Of a DNA stretch of 35,325 bases, positions 16,743-25,345 are shown one piece after another. The stretch is taken from the NCBI GenBank assembly GCA_020724125.1, contig DYHM01000001.1, positions 1 through 35,325 on the forward strand, read 5' to 3'. The notes under the pieces were generated by a model, which was not told where the DNA came from, searched no databases, and saw only the letters and a program-made list of their open reading frames with translations. Each line of letters opens with the position of its first letter. Within the stretch, counting starts at the first letter, position 1. Origin of the DNA: Patescibacteria group bacterium. GTDB taxonomy: Bacteria; Patescibacteriota; Minisyncoccia; Minisyncoccales; CG1-02-41-26. Position numbers and translations under genes: made by a program.

Positions 16743-18894
16743 AAGTCCAACCAAAGCTAAAACCTTAAAAAAATTTTTAGGCAGGGATTATCAAATAACA
16801 GCCACCTTCGGTCATATTCGAGACTTGCCCAAAGCTGAATTTGGAATAGATATTGAAAATAATTTTCAACCAAGGTATGTTATTCCCTTAAAAGCAAGAA
16901 AAATAGTCTCATTTTTAAGGCAAGAGGTTAAAAAAAGCGATTTGGTAATTTTGGCTGTTGACTCTGATAGAGAAGGAGAAGCTATTGCTTGGCATTTCGT
17001 TCAGTCCTTAGGACTAAACGAAATCAAAAATCAAAAATTTCACCCGCCCAAATTTTTACCCGGCCAAATCTCAAAGAGACTTGGCGCGGGCGAAAAGAAA
17101 ACTTGGCCGGGCAAGCAAATCAAAAATTACGAACGAATTGTTTTTCATGAGATAACCAAACCGGCTATTGAGAAAGCACTAAGAAATCCGCGAGATATCA
17201 ATATGAACCTTGTTAATGCTCAGCAATCTCGAAGAATTTTAGATAGAATTGTGGGTTATAGTCTTTCTCCTTTTTTATGGAAAAAAATAAGCCGAGGCTT
17301 ATCAGCCGGCCGCGTCCAATCAGTGGCAGTCAGATTAGTTGTTGAACGAGAAAAAGAAATAGAAAATTTTAAACCACAAGAGCATTGGACAATCGTCGCT
17401 ACGCTTCTTAAAATCAAAAATCAAAATTTAAAAATCAAAAATAAGGGATTTGACGCTATTTTGGTTAAAAAAAACGGGAAAATAATTCCAAAATTAGGGA
17501 TTAAAACCAAAAAAGAAGCAGATGAAATTATTAATGACATAGAAGGGGCAGAATATAAAGTAATAAAAATTATCAAAAAAGAAATTAAGCGCAATCCCTT
17601 GCCGCCTTTTACAACAAGCGCTCTTCAACAAACCGCCTGGCAAAAATTTCATTGGCCGGCAAAATTTACAATGCAATTAGCCCAGGGTTTGTATGAAAAA
17701 GGATTAATTACTTATCACCGCAGCGATTCTTTAAATTTATCTGAACAAGCTATAGAAAAAGCGAAAAAATTTATTGAAGAAAATTATGGCCCAAATTATT
17801 GGCCTGGTTTTTTCAGGAAATATAAAACAAAAATCAAGGGAGCCCAAGAAGCCCACGAAGCGATTCGACCAACCAGCTTAAATTTTATCCCTCAAAACTT
17901 AGGAGGACAAGCGCCTTCCAAAGATAAAAATACCGAAAAATTATATGATTTAATTTGGCGAAGATTTATAGCCTGTCAAATGAAAGAAGCAAGTTTCGAT
18001 TCAACAATGGTTGAGATTGAAACTGAAAATTCAAAATCAACGTATTTATTCCGCGTCAATGGTCAAGTTCTAAAATTTGACGGTTTTTTAAGGGTCTATC
18101 CCCTGAAATTTATTGAAGCTGAATTGCCAAATTTAGCGGAAAAAGAAATTTTAAGATTAATTAAAGCATTTTCTTCTCAACATTTTACTCAACCGCCTCC
18201 CAGATACAACGAAGCCAGTCTTATTAAGGCCTTGGAAGAAAATGGAATTGGCCGACCCTCTACATATGCGCCCATTCTTTCAACTATTCAGGGAAGAAAT
18301 TATATTATTAAAGATGAACAAAAAAGATTTCAACCAACTGAAATTGGTTTAATGACGAACAACCTTTTAACCGCTCATTTCCCGAGTATCGTTGATATTG
18401 AGTTTACCGCCCAAATGGAAGAAAAATTAGATGAAATCGCCCAAGGGGAAAAAGAATGGACCTCGGTGATAAAAGAATTTTATTGGCCATTTGAAAAAAA
18501 TCTTCAAAAGAAATATCAGGAAATTTCCAAAAAAGAAATCGCTGAACAGAAAACCGAAAAAAAGTGCCCGGAATGCAAAAGCGAGCTTTTAATAAAATTT
18601 GGAAGGTTTGGCAGGTTTTATGCTTGTTCTTCTTTTCCTAAATGCCGCTACACAGCTTCATTAAAAAATACCGGTTTAGGTATTAAATGTCCAAAATGTC
18701 AAACAGGCGAAATTTTTGAAAAAAAAACCAAAAAACAAAAAATTTTTTATGGTTGCTCTGATTGGCCAAAGTGCGACTTTGCTTTATGGGATAAACCATC
18801 TGGCGAATTTTGCCCAAAATGCAAATCGCTTTTAATTGAAACCAAAAATAAGCGGTTAAAATGTTCAAACAAAGAATGCGGCGCTCCCCGCTAA
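16723..18894 (+). CDS. topA: DNA topoisomerase I
   Basis: Toprim domain (LIVVESPTKAKT, DSDREGEAIAWH), active-site ITYHRSDS, and three C-terminal Cys4 zinc ribbons. ATG 16723 is preferred over the track TTG 16717. The gene overlaps the rnhA 3-prime end. Confidence 0.95.
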   Translation: MKLIVVESPTKAKTLKKFLGRDYQITATFGHIRDLPKAEFGIDIENNFQPRYVIPLKARKIVSFLRQEVKKSDLVILAVDSDREGEAIAWHFVQSLGLNEIKNQKFHPPKFLPGQISKRLGAGEKKTWPGKQIKNYERIVFHEITKPAIEKALRNPRDINMNLVNAQQSRRILDRIVGYSLSPFLWKKISRGLSAGRVQSVAVRLVVEREKEIENFKPQEHWTIVATLLKIKNQNLKIKNKGFDAILVKKNGKIIPKLGIKTKKEADEIINDIEGAEYKVIKIIKKEIKRNPLPPFTTSALQQTAWQKFHWPAKFTMQLAQGLYEKGLITYHRSDSLNLSEQAIEKAKKFIEENYGPNYWPGFFRKYKTKIKGAQEAHEAIRPTSLNFIPQNLGGQAPSKDKNTEKLYDLIWRRFIACQMKEASFDSTMVEIETENSKSTYLFRVNGQVLKFDGFLRVYPLKFIEAELPNLAEKEILRLIKAFSSQHFTQPPPRYNEASLIKALEENGIGRPSTYAPILSTIQGRNYIIKDEQKRFQPTEIGLMTNNLLTAHFPSIVDIEFTAQMEEKLDEIAQGEKEWTSVIKEFYWPFEKNLQKKYQEISKKEIAEQKTEKKCPECKSELLIKFGRFGRFYACSSFPKCRYTASLKNTGLGIKCPKCQTGEIFEKKTKKQKIFYGCSDWPKCDFALWDKPSGEFCPKCKSLLIETKNKRLKCSNKECGAPR
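17019..17129. repeat. In-frame repeat insertion in topA: GC-rich palindromic module flanked by aaatcaaaaatt direct repeats
   Basis: aaatcaaaaatt occurs at 17028-17039 and 17117-17128. The core 17058-17096 aligns at about 33 of 38 positions with the intergenic hairpin at 26303-26340. It encodes ..EIKNQKFHPPKFLPGQISKRLGAGEKKTWPGKQIKNYE. Confidence 0.75.
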
Positions 18895-18909
18895 CCAGCC
18901 ATTTCTTGA

Positions 18910-18931
18910 TTTAACCGCGTCAGCGGTTAAA
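18910..18931. terminator. Hairpin between convergent topA and the CaCA gene
   Basis: tttaaccgc-gtca-gcggttaaa, a 9-bp stem. There is no clear U-tract on either strand. Confidence 0.3.
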
Positions 18932-18938
18932 TAGGCTT

Positions 18939-19910
18939 CTATCTTGCCAAAATTTCCGAGATAACAAAAAACAAATAAATTATTAAAAGAATAATGGCTT
19001 CTTTTGAAGTAATTTTTTTACCTGTTCGGATAAAAAAGAAAAAGAAAAGAGCGGAAATGATAAGAAAAAATCTGGCGATAACAAACGGAGAAAAATCAGC
19101 GACTTCAAAGGGACAAAGAAAAGCAACGATTCCCAATACCAAAGTGGCGGCGACAATCACCGAGCCCATTAATGTTCCTAAAATCAACCAATTTTGTTTT
19201 TTCTTGGCCGAGACAATGCCGAAATAAAGCTCTGGCAGGGAATTACCCAGACCTACCACCAAAATACCCAATAAAGGAAGAGAAAGATGAAAAATTTCTC
19301 TAAAAAAATTAATTGACCTCACTATTCCTTCGCTTGCGATTAAAAGAAAAAATAAAGCTAAAAAAAGCTTTCCTATATCAAGAAAAAAACCTTTAAAGTT
19401 TTTTAGAAATGAAGGGATTTTTTCTTCTTTTTTTTCTTCTTCGTAAATTTTAGTAAATCTTTCTTTTTTAGCGAAAAGCCAAATAATATAAAGGAAAAAA
19501 CTGAAAAGCAAAAAAAGACCGTCCCCCCTTCCTAATTTACCATCGAAAGCTAAAATTAGAGGGAGAATGGCAATATAAGCGGTAAAAATCGCTGAACTTT
19601 GAATCAAGCGACTTTCGGCCGGCAATCCATTGCCAATTAAAACAACAATCGCCACAACTAAGGTTAAATCAATAATATTTCCGCCAACAATATCGCCAAA
19701 AGATAATTCGGGAATTTTATGAATAATCGAAGAAACGCCAACAAAAAGATTAGGCAAGGAAGAGGCAATGGCAATAATAAAAAAAGCCAAAACAAACTCC
19801 CGCCATTTTAAAAACTTTCCTATTTTGATTAAACTTCTAATAAGGAGATTGCAGGAATAATGGAGGAAGAAAAAAGAAATAAAAAAAATAAAAAGATAAA
19901 CCCAGAACAT
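18939..19910 (-). CDS. Sodium/calcium exchanger family (CaCA, YrbG-like) membrane protein
   Basis: 323 aa polytopic protein with two alpha-repeat-like motifs: GDIVGGNIIDLTLV and GLGNSLPELYFGIVSA. Confidence 0.75.
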   Translation of the reverse strand: MFWVYLFIFFISFFFLHYSCNLLIRSLIKIGKFLKWREFVLAFFIIAIASSLPNLFVGVSSIIHKIPELSFGDIVGGNIIDLTLVVAIVVLIGNGLPAESRLIQSSAIFTAYIAILPLILAFDGKLGRGDGLFLLFSFFLYIIWLFAKKERFTKIYEEEKKEEKIPSFLKNFKGFFLDIGKLFLALFFLLIASEGIVRSINFFREIFHLSLPLLGILVVGLGNSLPELYFGIVSAKKKQNWLILGTLMGSVIVAATLVLGIVAFLCPFEVADFSPFVIARFFLIISALFFFFFIRTGKKITSKEAIILLIIYLFFVISEILAR

Positions 19911-20238
19911 AATTTAAAATTTTAATAGTTAACAACCAAACGAGAGAATGCTAAGTATTTTAATTTGCCTAATAATTTTTTAATAAAAATTTATCTAATA
20001 AGAATTATACTACATTTTACAAATAGAGAAAATATGGCGCATTAAGTTATCTAAAATGTGAACGAAATGGGTGCTTGACGCCTCCGTTTCCTTTTAACGA
20101 ACACCTTAATAAAATTTTCTTCTTCTAAACTCGCTTGCTGAGAAAATTCGTTTCATTGAAGTAATATGAAAAACATGAATAATAATAATTATTACGCCAG
20201 AATAAAAGAGATAAATATTTCTCACTATTCATATCACA

Positions 20239-20266
20239 TTCCAAAATTATACTTTTATGATATAAT
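20239..20266 (+). promoter_or_regulatory. Candidate pilM promoter (TTCCAA-16 nt-TGaTATAAT)
   Basis: Extended -10 TG at 20258-20259 and TATAAT at 20261-20266, about 70 nt upstream of the pilM ATG. Confidence 0.4.
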
Positions 20267-20335
20267 TTAGGCAATGAAATATCCAATAATAGACATGTTG
20301 TTTAATAAATCAGGTGATAAAATAAATTTAAAGAT

Positions 20336-21415
20336 ATGAATAATTTCCTTTCTAATCCTAAAGGTTTTGGTCTTGATATTTCTGATTTCTCTTTAAAAAT
20401 AGCCGATCTAAAAAAACAGGGAAAAAACCTAAAACTAACTTCTTTTGGAAATTTCGTGATTCCCGAAGGTATTATTGAAAAAGGAGAAATAAAAAAAGAA
20501 AAAGAACTAACAGAGATTCTGAAAGAAGTATTGAAAAAAATCAAATCTCGATCTGTAATTGTTTCCTTGCCGGAAGAAAAACTATTTTTGGACATCATTC
20601 AATTTCCATTGATGAGCGAGGCGGAATTGGAAAAAACAATTCAATTTGAAATAGAAAATTATATTCCCTTTCCATTAGAAGAGGTTTATTTTGATTTTGA
20701 AAAAGTTGAGGTTATTTCTAACCGTCAAAAATATCAAGAGGTTTTAATTACCGCTTTTTCCAAAAAAACTATTGATAGTTATTTAAGGGTTTTAAAAAAC
20801 GTCGGCCTTCAGCCGTTGGCGCTGGAACCAGAATGTCTTTCGATCAGCCGGGCTTTAGTGGAAAAAAATAAACCTTCTGAATTTATTTTAATTTTAGATT
20901 TAGGGGAAAGCCGAACCGGTTTTACTCTCTTTTTTAACAAGACCATAAGATTTACTTCAACCATTGCTTTTTCTTCTCGTCAATTAACCAAATTTTTAGC
21001 TGAGAAATTAAAAATCTCCTTTGCCGAAGCGGAAAAAATAAAAATAGAACAAGGATTAAAAAAAGAAGGCCCTGTTAAAGAAATTTTAAATCTTGCTCTT
21101 TTAGATTTAATTAAAGTAGATTTAATTAAAGAAATAAAAAATTTATTGGAATACTATTATTCCCACAACGTCGAAAAACAAAAACAAAATAATAACATAT
21201 CATTGGAAAAAATTTTGCTTTGCGGCGGCGGCGCCAACCTTCGAGGTCTAACCGAGTTTTTAAGTTCCGAATTCAAAATCAAAGTTGAAAAAGGCAATCC
21301 CTGGCTTAATGTCTTAAAAACTCCTCTTAAAGAAATTCCCGAATTATCATTTGAAGAGTCTTTGAGTTATGCCACCGCCCTGGGACTGGCTTTGCGAGTA
21401 TTCTATGGCTATTAA
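20336..21415 (+). CDS. pilM: Type IV pilus assembly protein PilM (actin-like ATPase fold)
   Basis: 359 aa starting FGLDISDFSLKIADLKK.., with ..LDLGESRTGF.. and ..LCGGGANLRGL.. motifs. PilN/PilO-like genes follow. Confidence 0.8.
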   Translation: MNNFLSNPKGFGLDISDFSLKIADLKKQGKNLKLTSFGNFVIPEGIIEKGEIKKEKELTEILKEVLKKIKSRSVIVSLPEEKLFLDIIQFPLMSEAELEKTIQFEIENYIPFPLEEVYFDFEKVEVISNRQKYQEVLITAFSKKTIDSYLRVLKNVGLQPLALEPECLSISRALVEKNKPSEFILILDLGESRTGFTLFFNKTIRFTSTIAFSSRQLTKFLAEKLKISFAEAEKIKIEQGLKKEGPVKEILNLALLDLIKVDLIKEIKNLLEYYYSHNVEKQKQNNNISLEKILLCGGGANLRGLTEFLSSEFKIKVEKGNPWLNVLKTPLKEIPELSFEESLSYATALGLALRVFYGY

Positions 21416-22022
21416 CTTATTGCCTGAACAAGAAAAAAGAGAACTTAAACGAAAAGAAAACTGGAAAAAAATTTTCCTTATTTTGGTTTTTATTTTAATT
21501 TTTTTATTGTTGCTGGTTTTAATTCTTTTTTCTTTAAAAATTTATATTGCCTCCAAAATTGAAACTCTCCAAGAATTATTTCTGAAAAAAGAAAAAGAAT
21601 TTCAGGAAAAACATCTCCAGAACTTTGAAAAAGAGATTGAGGAAATCAATGAAAATCTTTTTAAGATTAAGCAATTTGGGGAAAAACAGATTTTAATTAC
21701 TCCTGTCTTGGAAAAGGTTTCTTCTTTAATTCCTAATTCAATCTATCTTACTAATTTTTCTTTTCGGAAAATTTTTCAAGAAGAAAAAAGGAAAGAAGAA
21801 GAAAAAGAAGAAAATGAAAATGAAAAAGAAAAGATCAAAATTTTAGCCGAGGTCCAAATTAGCGGTTGGGCTAATAATCGGGAAGATCTTTTTTATTTTA
21901 GAAAGGCCATAAAAAAGGAAAAGGGGATTCAGGAAATTTATTTTTCACCCTCTTCCTGGGTCAAACCGAAAGACATTAATTTTTCTTTAAGTTTTAAAAT
22001 CAATGAATTTTTCAACAAATAA
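21405..22022 (+). CDS. pilN: PilN-like pilus assembly protein
   Basis: The start MAINLLPEQEKRE.. is the typical PilN INLLP motif, followed by one TM helix. ATG 21405 overlaps the pilM stop. The protein contains an E/K-rich low-complexity insert. Confidence 0.7.
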   Translation: MAINLLPEQEKRELKRKENWKKIFLILVFILIFLLLLVLILFSLKIYIASKIETLQELFLKKEKEFQEKHLQNFEKEIEEINENLFKIKQFGEKQILITPVLEKVSSLIPNSIYLTNFSFRKIFQEEKRKEEEKEENENEKEKIKILAEVQISGWANNREDLFYFRKAIKKEKGIQEIYFSPSSWVKPKDINFSLSFKINEFFNK

Positions 22023-22581
22023 AAAAATATATTTGGTTCTTATTCTTTGGTTTCTCTTTTTGGGAATTTTAATAAAATTTGGTTTTATTCCTTTTTTGGG
22101 TCAGTTAAAAATTTTCTCTCAAAAACTAATTGAACAGAAAAAAACTCAAAACTTGCTTGAACTTCGGATTAAAGATTTTGAAGAGTTTTCTAGGGATTAT
22201 CTTTCTTATCAGACAATTTTAAATAAAATTAAAAATTCTTTTGTCGCCGAGCCAGAGGTGCCTATCGAGTTTATTAAATTTTTAGAAACCGAAGCTGAAA
22301 AAACCAAAATAAAACTCAAAATCTCTCCCTTGAACGTTAAATCCGAAAAAGATGATCCTTGGCCGCCAATTGGTTTTCAGGTTTTTTGGGCTGAAAGCTT
22401 CCCAAATTTTTTGAGGTCTTTAGAAAGATTGGAACAAGGCCCTTGGTTGATAGAAATTTTTCAATTAAGAATTGGGAGAATCTCTGAAAAATTTATTCTT
22501 CCCGAAATGGACTTCGGGGGATTGAATCCCGGAGATGTCCATTCAGTTATCAATCTTAAAGTTTTTTCCCTTAAGCAATGA
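22003..22581 (+). CDS. pilO: PilO-like pilus assembly protein
   Basis: 192 aa with an N-terminal TM helix, a coiled-coil, then a small globular domain. It overlaps both neighbouring genes, as expected in an operon. Confidence 0.55.
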   Translation: MNFSTNKKIYLVLILWFLFLGILIKFGFIPFLGQLKIFSQKLIEQKKTQNLLELRIKDFEEFSRDYLSYQTILNKIKNSFVAEPEVPIEFIKFLETEAEKTKIKLKISPLNVKSEKDDPWPPIGFQVFWAESFPNFLRSLERLEQGPWLIEIFQLRIGRISEKFILPEMDFGGLNPGDVHSVINLKVFSLKQ

Positions 22582-22865
22582 AGATAATTATTTTTAAAAT
22601 TAAAAAAGGTTTAATTAAGACATTAAAGAAAATCTGGCAAAATGTTTTTTTGCTCCTCTTTTTATTCTTAATTTTAGATTTAATAATTGGAGTAGGTTTC
22701 TTTTTAAAATATTATTCTGAACAAGAAAAACCAGAAGATTATTCGATTTTAAGGGTTAATCAGGATTTATTAGATAACTTTTCTTCTGAATTTCAAAAGC
22801 GAGAAGAAAATTTCAAAAATACCGAAAATAAAACTTACCTTGATCTCTTTAGGGCTGAATTTTGA
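22578..22865 (+). CDS. Small membrane-anchored protein, last gene of the pil operon
   Basis: 95 aa with one TM helix. Its start overlaps the pilO stop (ATGA). Confidence 0.45.
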   Translation: MKIIIFKIKKGLIKTLKKIWQNVFLLLFLFLILDLIIGVGFFLKYYSEQEKPEDYSILRVNQDLLDNFSSEFQKREENFKNTENKTYLDLFRAEF

Positions 22866-23029
22866 ATTTTAAATTTCGAATTTCGAATGAATTTCGAATT
22901 TTGAATTTTTTAAAATTAAAAATTAAAAATTATTTAAAAATTAAAAATTAGAAATTAGAAATTATTTAACTTTTGAGATTTGAGTTTTGAGTTTTTTGGT
23001 CTTTGGTTTGTGTTTTTGGTTTTTGGTTT
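22860..23029. repeat. Intergenic block of period-7/8 A/T-rich tandem repeats
   Basis: Successive runs of gaatttc/gaatttt, aattaaaa, agaaatt, gagtttt and ggttttt. It contains a 26-mer (22971-22996) identical to 1291-1316. Confidence 0.85.
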
Positions 23030-24781
23030 TTAATTTAATCTTACACAGGGTCTTCGGGCAATAATTAAAGATGGTTCTTTCTTTTTTAGAAACACTCTAA
23101 TCGTTTTAACCATTTCTTTTATTTTAATTGGATCAATTATTTTTAAATTTTTTACACCGCAGGCTCGAATAATTTCTTCAATTTTAATTATTGGTAAATT
23201 ATCGCTTTTTATGCCGAGATGGGGCTGTTGACCGGTCATCGCTGTTGTCTGGTTATCCATCAAAATAATTAAAGGATTAGATTGGTTACGAACGACATTG
23301 ATTAAAGCGGGAATGCCAGCATGAAAAAAGGTTGCATCGCCAATAAAAGCAATTAATTTTTGTCCATTAGTTGATTTTTTGATTCCATGAGCAATACCAA
23401 TTGAAGAACCCATGCAGGAAAGATAATCTTGAAGAAAATGAGGCGGAAAGCCGGCTAACATATAACAACCAATGTCGCCGCCGAAAATCACTTCTTGGGG
23501 TTTAACCGCTTTTTTTATCGCCGAGAAAACAAACCAATAAGGACAACCAGGACAAAGTTGAGGATATCTTTTTGGAATTTCTAATTCCCAATTCCTAATT
23601 TCTAATTTCTCCTTTAATTGTCCTGCCCGCTTTGCTTCGCAGGGCGAAGCAGACAAATAATTTTCAATTTCTAGTTTTTTATATTTTTTATTAAGAAGTT
23701 TAGCAATAGCCGCGATAATCTGGTCATGGTTTAATTCGCCAATTTCTGGCAATAATTTTTTACCAATGATTTCTAAACCCGGGTTAACATCTTTGGCTAA
23801 TCTCTGAATTTCTTTTTCTAAACAGGGCTCCAATTCTTCGACAACAAGCACCTTTTTAAAATTTTTAATAAAGTTTTTAATTTTTTTCTCCGGCAAGGGA
23901 TAAAAAAATCCTAATTTCAAAATCGGCAAAGAAAGGTTAATTTCCTTTAAGACCTCTCGCGCGTGAAGATAAGAAATCCCTGTTGTTATGATTCCTAATT
24001 TTTTTGTTTGTTTTCTTTTATAACGTGGAATGGATGCGCAATTTTCAACTTTATTTATTGAAGAATTTTCAGAAAATTCCTGAATGTTGCTAATTTTAGC
24101 GAGTAATTTTTTCTTCATTTCTAAAATCCTTGACGGCATCGCGGCAAATTTTTCAGAAGAAGTTTTTTTAAATTCTTTTATATCAAAATTGGGTTTAAAT
24201 TTGTTTAATTTTAAATTTTCTAATTTCACCAATTCTCTTTGATGAGCCACTCGAGTGGTTGTTCTAATCAAAATAGGGATTTTAAATTTCTCCGAAAGTT
24301 CAAAAGCTAATTTTGTAAAATCCTTAGCTTCTTGAGGGCTGGCTGGTTCTAAGGTGGGAAGATGAAATAAGTAAGAATAAAACCGGGAATTTTGTTCTGA
24401 TTGAGCGGAACTGTGGCAGGATGGATCGTCGCCAACAATGATAACCATTGAACCATTAGAGCCGGTATACAAAAATGGCAATAAAGCGTCTGAACAAACA
24501 TTAAGGCCGAAATGCTTCATAACCACCAGGGTTTTTAAACCAGCAAAAGAAGCACCAATCCCGGCTTCTAATACAACCTTTTCATTGACGGAATACTCAA
24601 AATATAAATTTTGAATTTTGAATTTTGAGTTTTGAATTTTATAAAAAATATCTCCAATTTCCGAGGATGGCGCGCCGGGATAGGTAGTCGCAAATTGAAC
24701 ACCCGCCTCTAAACTGGCCCTGACAATCGCTTCATTGCCAAGAAAAATTACTTTGCCTTTATTTTTTAAAATTTCTTCCAT
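23030..24781 (-). CDS. iorA: Indolepyruvate:ferredoxin oxidoreductase alpha subunit-like (IorA), apparently lacking the C-terminal 4Fe-4S domain
   Basis: 583 aa with FLGNEAIVRASLEAGVQFATTYPGAPSSEI, CPGCPY and GGDIGCY (TPP domain). The protein ends ..RRPCVRLN at the edge of the repeat block. No iorB lies adjacent. Confidence 0.7.
   Translation of the reverse strand: MEEILKNKGKVIFLGNEAIVRASLEAGVQFATTYPGAPSSEIGDIFYKIQNSKFKIQNLYFEYSVNEKVVLEAGIGASFAGLKTLVVMKHFGLNVCSDALLPFLYTGSNGSMVIIVGDDPSCHSSAQSEQNSRFYSYLFHLPTLEPASPQEAKDFTKLAFELSEKFKIPILIRTTTRVAHQRELVKLENLKLNKFKPNFDIKEFKKTSSEKFAAMPSRILEMKKKLLAKISNIQEFSENSSINKVENCASIPRYKRKQTKKLGIITTGISYLHAREVLKEINLSLPILKLGFFYPLPEKKIKNFIKNFKKVLVVEELEPCLEKEIQRLAKDVNPGLEIIGKKLLPEIGELNHDQIIAAIAKLLNKKYKKLEIENYLSASPCEAKRAGQLKEKLEIRNWELEIPKRYPQLCPGCPYWFVFSAIKKAVKPQEVIFGGDIGCYMLAGFPPHFLQDYLSCMGSSIGIAHGIKKSTNGQKLIAFIGDATFFHAGIPALINVVRNQSNPLIILMDNQTTAMTGQQPHLGIKSDNLPIIKIEEIIRACGVKNLKIIDPIKIKEMVKTIRVFLKKKEPSLIIARRPCVRLN
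23574..23660. repeat. In-frame repeat insertion in iorA: A/T-rich period-8 array plus GC-rich hairpin
   Basis: ggaatttctaattcccaattcctaatttctaatttc, then cctgcccgctttgcttcgcagggcgaagcag (stem gcttcgc/gcgaagc). It shares gggcgaagc with 26332-26342 and encodes ..SASPCEAKRAGQLKEKLEIRNWELEI. Confidence 0.65.
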
Positions 24782-24864
24782 TTCTTCAAATTTTTATCTT
24801 GAATTTTAATACTTTTATGATATCCTAAACTAAAACAAACTCAATGCCGGAACTCAACTTTCAT

Positions 24865-24936
24865 GCCCTCATAGCTTAACGGATAAAGCATAACCCTGCG
24901 GAGGTTAAGATGGAAGTTCGATTCTTCCTGAGGGCG
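24865..24936 (+). tRNA. tRNA-Arg (anticodon GCG)
   Basis: Hand-folded cloverleaf: acceptor gccctca/tgagggc, D stem gctt/aagc, anticodon stem taacc/ggtta with loop cuGCGga, T arm ggaag-ttcgatt-cttcc. No CCA is encoded. Confidence 0.85.
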
Positions 24937-25030
24937 ATATAAGTTCAAAGTTCAAAGTTTAAAGTTATAAATAAAAATAAGTTCTTAAAAGTTCAATTAG
25001 AGGTTTTGAATTTTGGATTTTAAATCTTAA
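24937..25030. repeat. A/T-rich period-8 repeats between the two tRNAs
   Basis: aagttcaa agttcaaa gtttaaag .. ttttgaat tttggatt. Confidence 0.6.
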
Positions 25031-25031
25031 C

Positions 25032-25113
25032 GGAGGGTTCGCCTAATGGTATGGCACCGCTCTTGAAAAGCGGCGGGCGCAAGCCCTTAGAGGTTCGACT
25101 CCTCTACCCTCCG
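25032..25113 (+). tRNA. tRNA-Ser (anticodon UGA) with long variable arm
   Basis: Acceptor ggagggt/accctcc, anticodon stem ccgct/agcgg with loop cuUGAaa, variable arm gggc-gcaa-gccc, T arm agagg-ttcgact-cctct, discriminator G. Confidence 0.85.
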
Positions 25114-25291
25114 TCATGTAATTTTAAAAAAATATTCAGTCGTTAGCTAAAGATTTAAATGGCAATACCGCTAAATTATTAGATTTAATACTTTATAATA
25201 TTGAGGAAATAAAAAGTTATGGCCCGAAAGAAAGAAAAAGATTATATGTTGATTATGATAGAGAAAGGAAAGTAAAAAGCAGGTTCTTTGT

Positions 25292-25319
25292 TTGACATTA
25301 ATTTCTAAGAATCTATAAT
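25292..25319 (+). promoter_or_regulatory. Sigma-70-like promoter of rnhB (TTGACA-16 nt-TATAAT)
   Basis: TTGACA at 25292-25297 and TATAAT at 25314-25319. Confidence 0.55.
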
Positions 25320-25345
25320 TTAATTACTTGAATCAATGTTTTATA

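Noticed and set aside
9658-20309. Shared 15-mer atgttgtttaataaa at 9658-9672 and 20295-20309
   Set aside because: Given the strong A/T bias, several exact 15-mer matches are expected by chance in a 35-kb window searched on both strands. There is no extended similarity around either site.
19911-20335. Possible ncRNA or small gene in the 425-nt spacer upstream of pilM
   Set aside because: There is no convincing stem-loop architecture, no conserved RNA motif I recognise, and only ORFs of about 16 codons or fewer. Apart from a candidate promoter, the spacer is left unannotated.
22860-23029. Possible CRISPR array in the repeat-dense spacers (also 26162-26428 and 24937-25030)
   Set aside because: The repeats have a 7-9 nt period and are contiguous, with no unique spacers of about 30 nt. 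No cas genes are present. These are microsatellite-like arrays.
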